Below are positions 33,281 through 33,969 of a stretch of 33,969 bases of DNA, one piece after another (within the stretch, counting starts at the first letter, position 1; each line of letters opens with the position of its first letter). The DNA comes from a virus. Its lineage: Duplodnaviria; Caudoviricetes. Under the pieces are notes generated by a model. The model worked only from the letters and a program-made list of their open reading frames with translations. It was not told the DNA's origin and searched no databases. The position numbers and the translations under genes are program-made. The stretch covers positions 1-33,969 of the IMG/VR virus record IMGVR_UViG_3300033406_000027; one strand, given 5' to 3'.

Positions 33281-33646
33281 GTGTATCGAATCATATTGTT
33301 GGTAATGATTTTTTTAATAATTTTTTCGGGCGTTGGGGAATGCTTAAAGAATCCTGTTGATGCGGCGGGTGATACAATCAGGCGTAATATTAACACAGCA
33401 ACGGACGATGTTATTTCGGACTTTAAAGTTTCAATGCATAACACTTGGATGGAAATTAAAGCAGCAATTAGGTCGCTGTTAGGATTTATATTAGAGGTTG
33501 TTACGGTGCTGGCTGTTGGGTGGGCGTTTAGTTTTTTGGTCGATAAGCGCACGGCTAAGATGATTAAGTTAGTGGTTGTGCTGTGCGCGTTTACGGAACT
33601 GATAAGATTGCTAGGTAAGTTTATCGGGTTTGTTGGTGGGAGCTAA
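33281..33646 (+). CDS. Membrane protein (N-terminal TM, helical linker, C-terminal TM hairpin weakly SpoIIIAC-like)
   Basis: AAGGGGGG RBS; three hydrophobic segments. Confidence 0.7.
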   Translation: MYRIILLVMIFLIIFSGVGECLKNPVDAAGDTIRRNINTATDDVISDFKVSMHNTWMEIKAAIRSLLGFILEVVTVLAVGWAFSFLVDKRTAKMIKLVVVLCAFTELIRLLGKFIGFVGGS

Positions 33647-33687
33647 GATTGTTGTTAATTTTTATGAAAGATAAAGTGGTTTATCCG

Positions 33688-33810
33688 GACTACTTTTGAC
33701 TACCTTTTGACTACTTTGTTTGAAAATATATCAGGACGAAACGGGGCGAAAAAGGGCGACCAATTTGCCAAAAACCTAGCTGTGTCGAGGGCCGGAGCGG
33801 AAGTAGTCAA
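33688..33810. repeat. Integrase arm-type sites: three tandem GACTAC(C)TTT (33688-33717) plus an inverted copy AAGTAGTCAA (33801-33810)
   Basis: Read directly; about 35-155 bp from the att core. Confidence 0.75.
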
Positions 33811-33843
33811 GGCTGAGCTTACACTGCCAAAAACGCTAAAATG

Positions 33844-33899
33844 AGACTTAGGATCTGGCGCCGCAAGGTGTGGAGGTTCAAGTCCTCTCGCCCGCACCA
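33844..33899 (+). other. attR: 3' portion of tRNA-Leu(TAG), not an intact tRNA
   Basis: AGA-CTTAGGA-TCTGG anticodon arm, long variable arm, GGTTCAAGTCC T-arm, ends ACCA; no 5' half upstream. Confidence 0.9.
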
Positions 33900-33949
33900 A
33901 AATAAAGCGAGACTTACAAACAGCTAGTTTGTAAGTCTCGCTTTATTTT
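33899..33949 (+). terminator. Host tRNA terminator, 23-bp perfect inverted repeat
   Basis: AAAATAAAGCGAGACTTACAAAC-AGCTA-GTTTGTAAGTCTCGCTTTATTTT. Confidence 0.9.
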
Positions 33950-33969
33950 GTAACTTTTTGTGTAAATTA

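Larger units (their letters stand above)
1..33899 (+). mobile_element. Prophage (temperate siphovirus), right-hand part ending at attR; integrase and repressor lie outside the window
   Basis: Complete co-oriented packaging-head-tail-lysis gene order, ending in a tRNA 3' fragment with arm-type repeats. Confidence 0.95.

Noticed and set aside
33688-33717. CRISPR array or microsatellite
   Set aside because: 10-11-bp units without spacers and no cas genes; the position fits integrase arm sites.
33815-33899. Intact tRNA-Leu gene
   Set aside because: No 5' acceptor strand or D-arm upstream, and the anticodon stem pairs over only 3 bp.
33700-33900. 66-aa minus-strand ORF MVRARGLEPP...
   Set aside because: Typical antisense shadow of a tRNA sequence, overlapping att sites.
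33843-33916. GAGACTTA shared by the att core start and the terminator stem
   Set aside because: Only 8 bp; cannot be distinguished from chance.

Overview
The window is the right-hand ~34 kb of an integrated temperate siphovirus (HK97-type head, TP901-1-type tail tube). It ends at attR, the 3' half of a tRNA-Leu(TAG) at 33844-33899, which is preceded by integrase arm-type repeats. Gene styles suggest a spore-forming Firmicute host, probably a Negativicute (inference only). Gene order: RusA and small early genes; a Zn-ribbon gene followed by a strong sigmaA promoter and an immediate terminator; AT-rich morons with sigmaH-like promoters; DNA methyltransferase; HNH, TerS, TerL, portal, ClpP protease and capsid; neck and tail genes, with a clear -1 frameshift in the tail chaperone; tape measure; Dit, Tal and fibres; holin and amidase; an extended lysis-linked cluster; accessory morons. 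The most striking unit lies just before attR: HTH, RHH-like gene, anchorless FtsK/SpoIIIE motor, replication-relaxation-like wHTH protein and two SpoIIIAC-like membrane proteins. This may be a phage-encoded, sporulation-linked DNA translocation module. Other leads are a lambda pR'/tR'/Q-like late switch, a lysis-region gene with three nested in-frame starts, a 23-aa cationic peptide where spanins are missing, a glycine-zipper/6-blade lectin moron and a LexA-controlled orphan gene. All family calls come from motif recognition by eye; no database searches were run.
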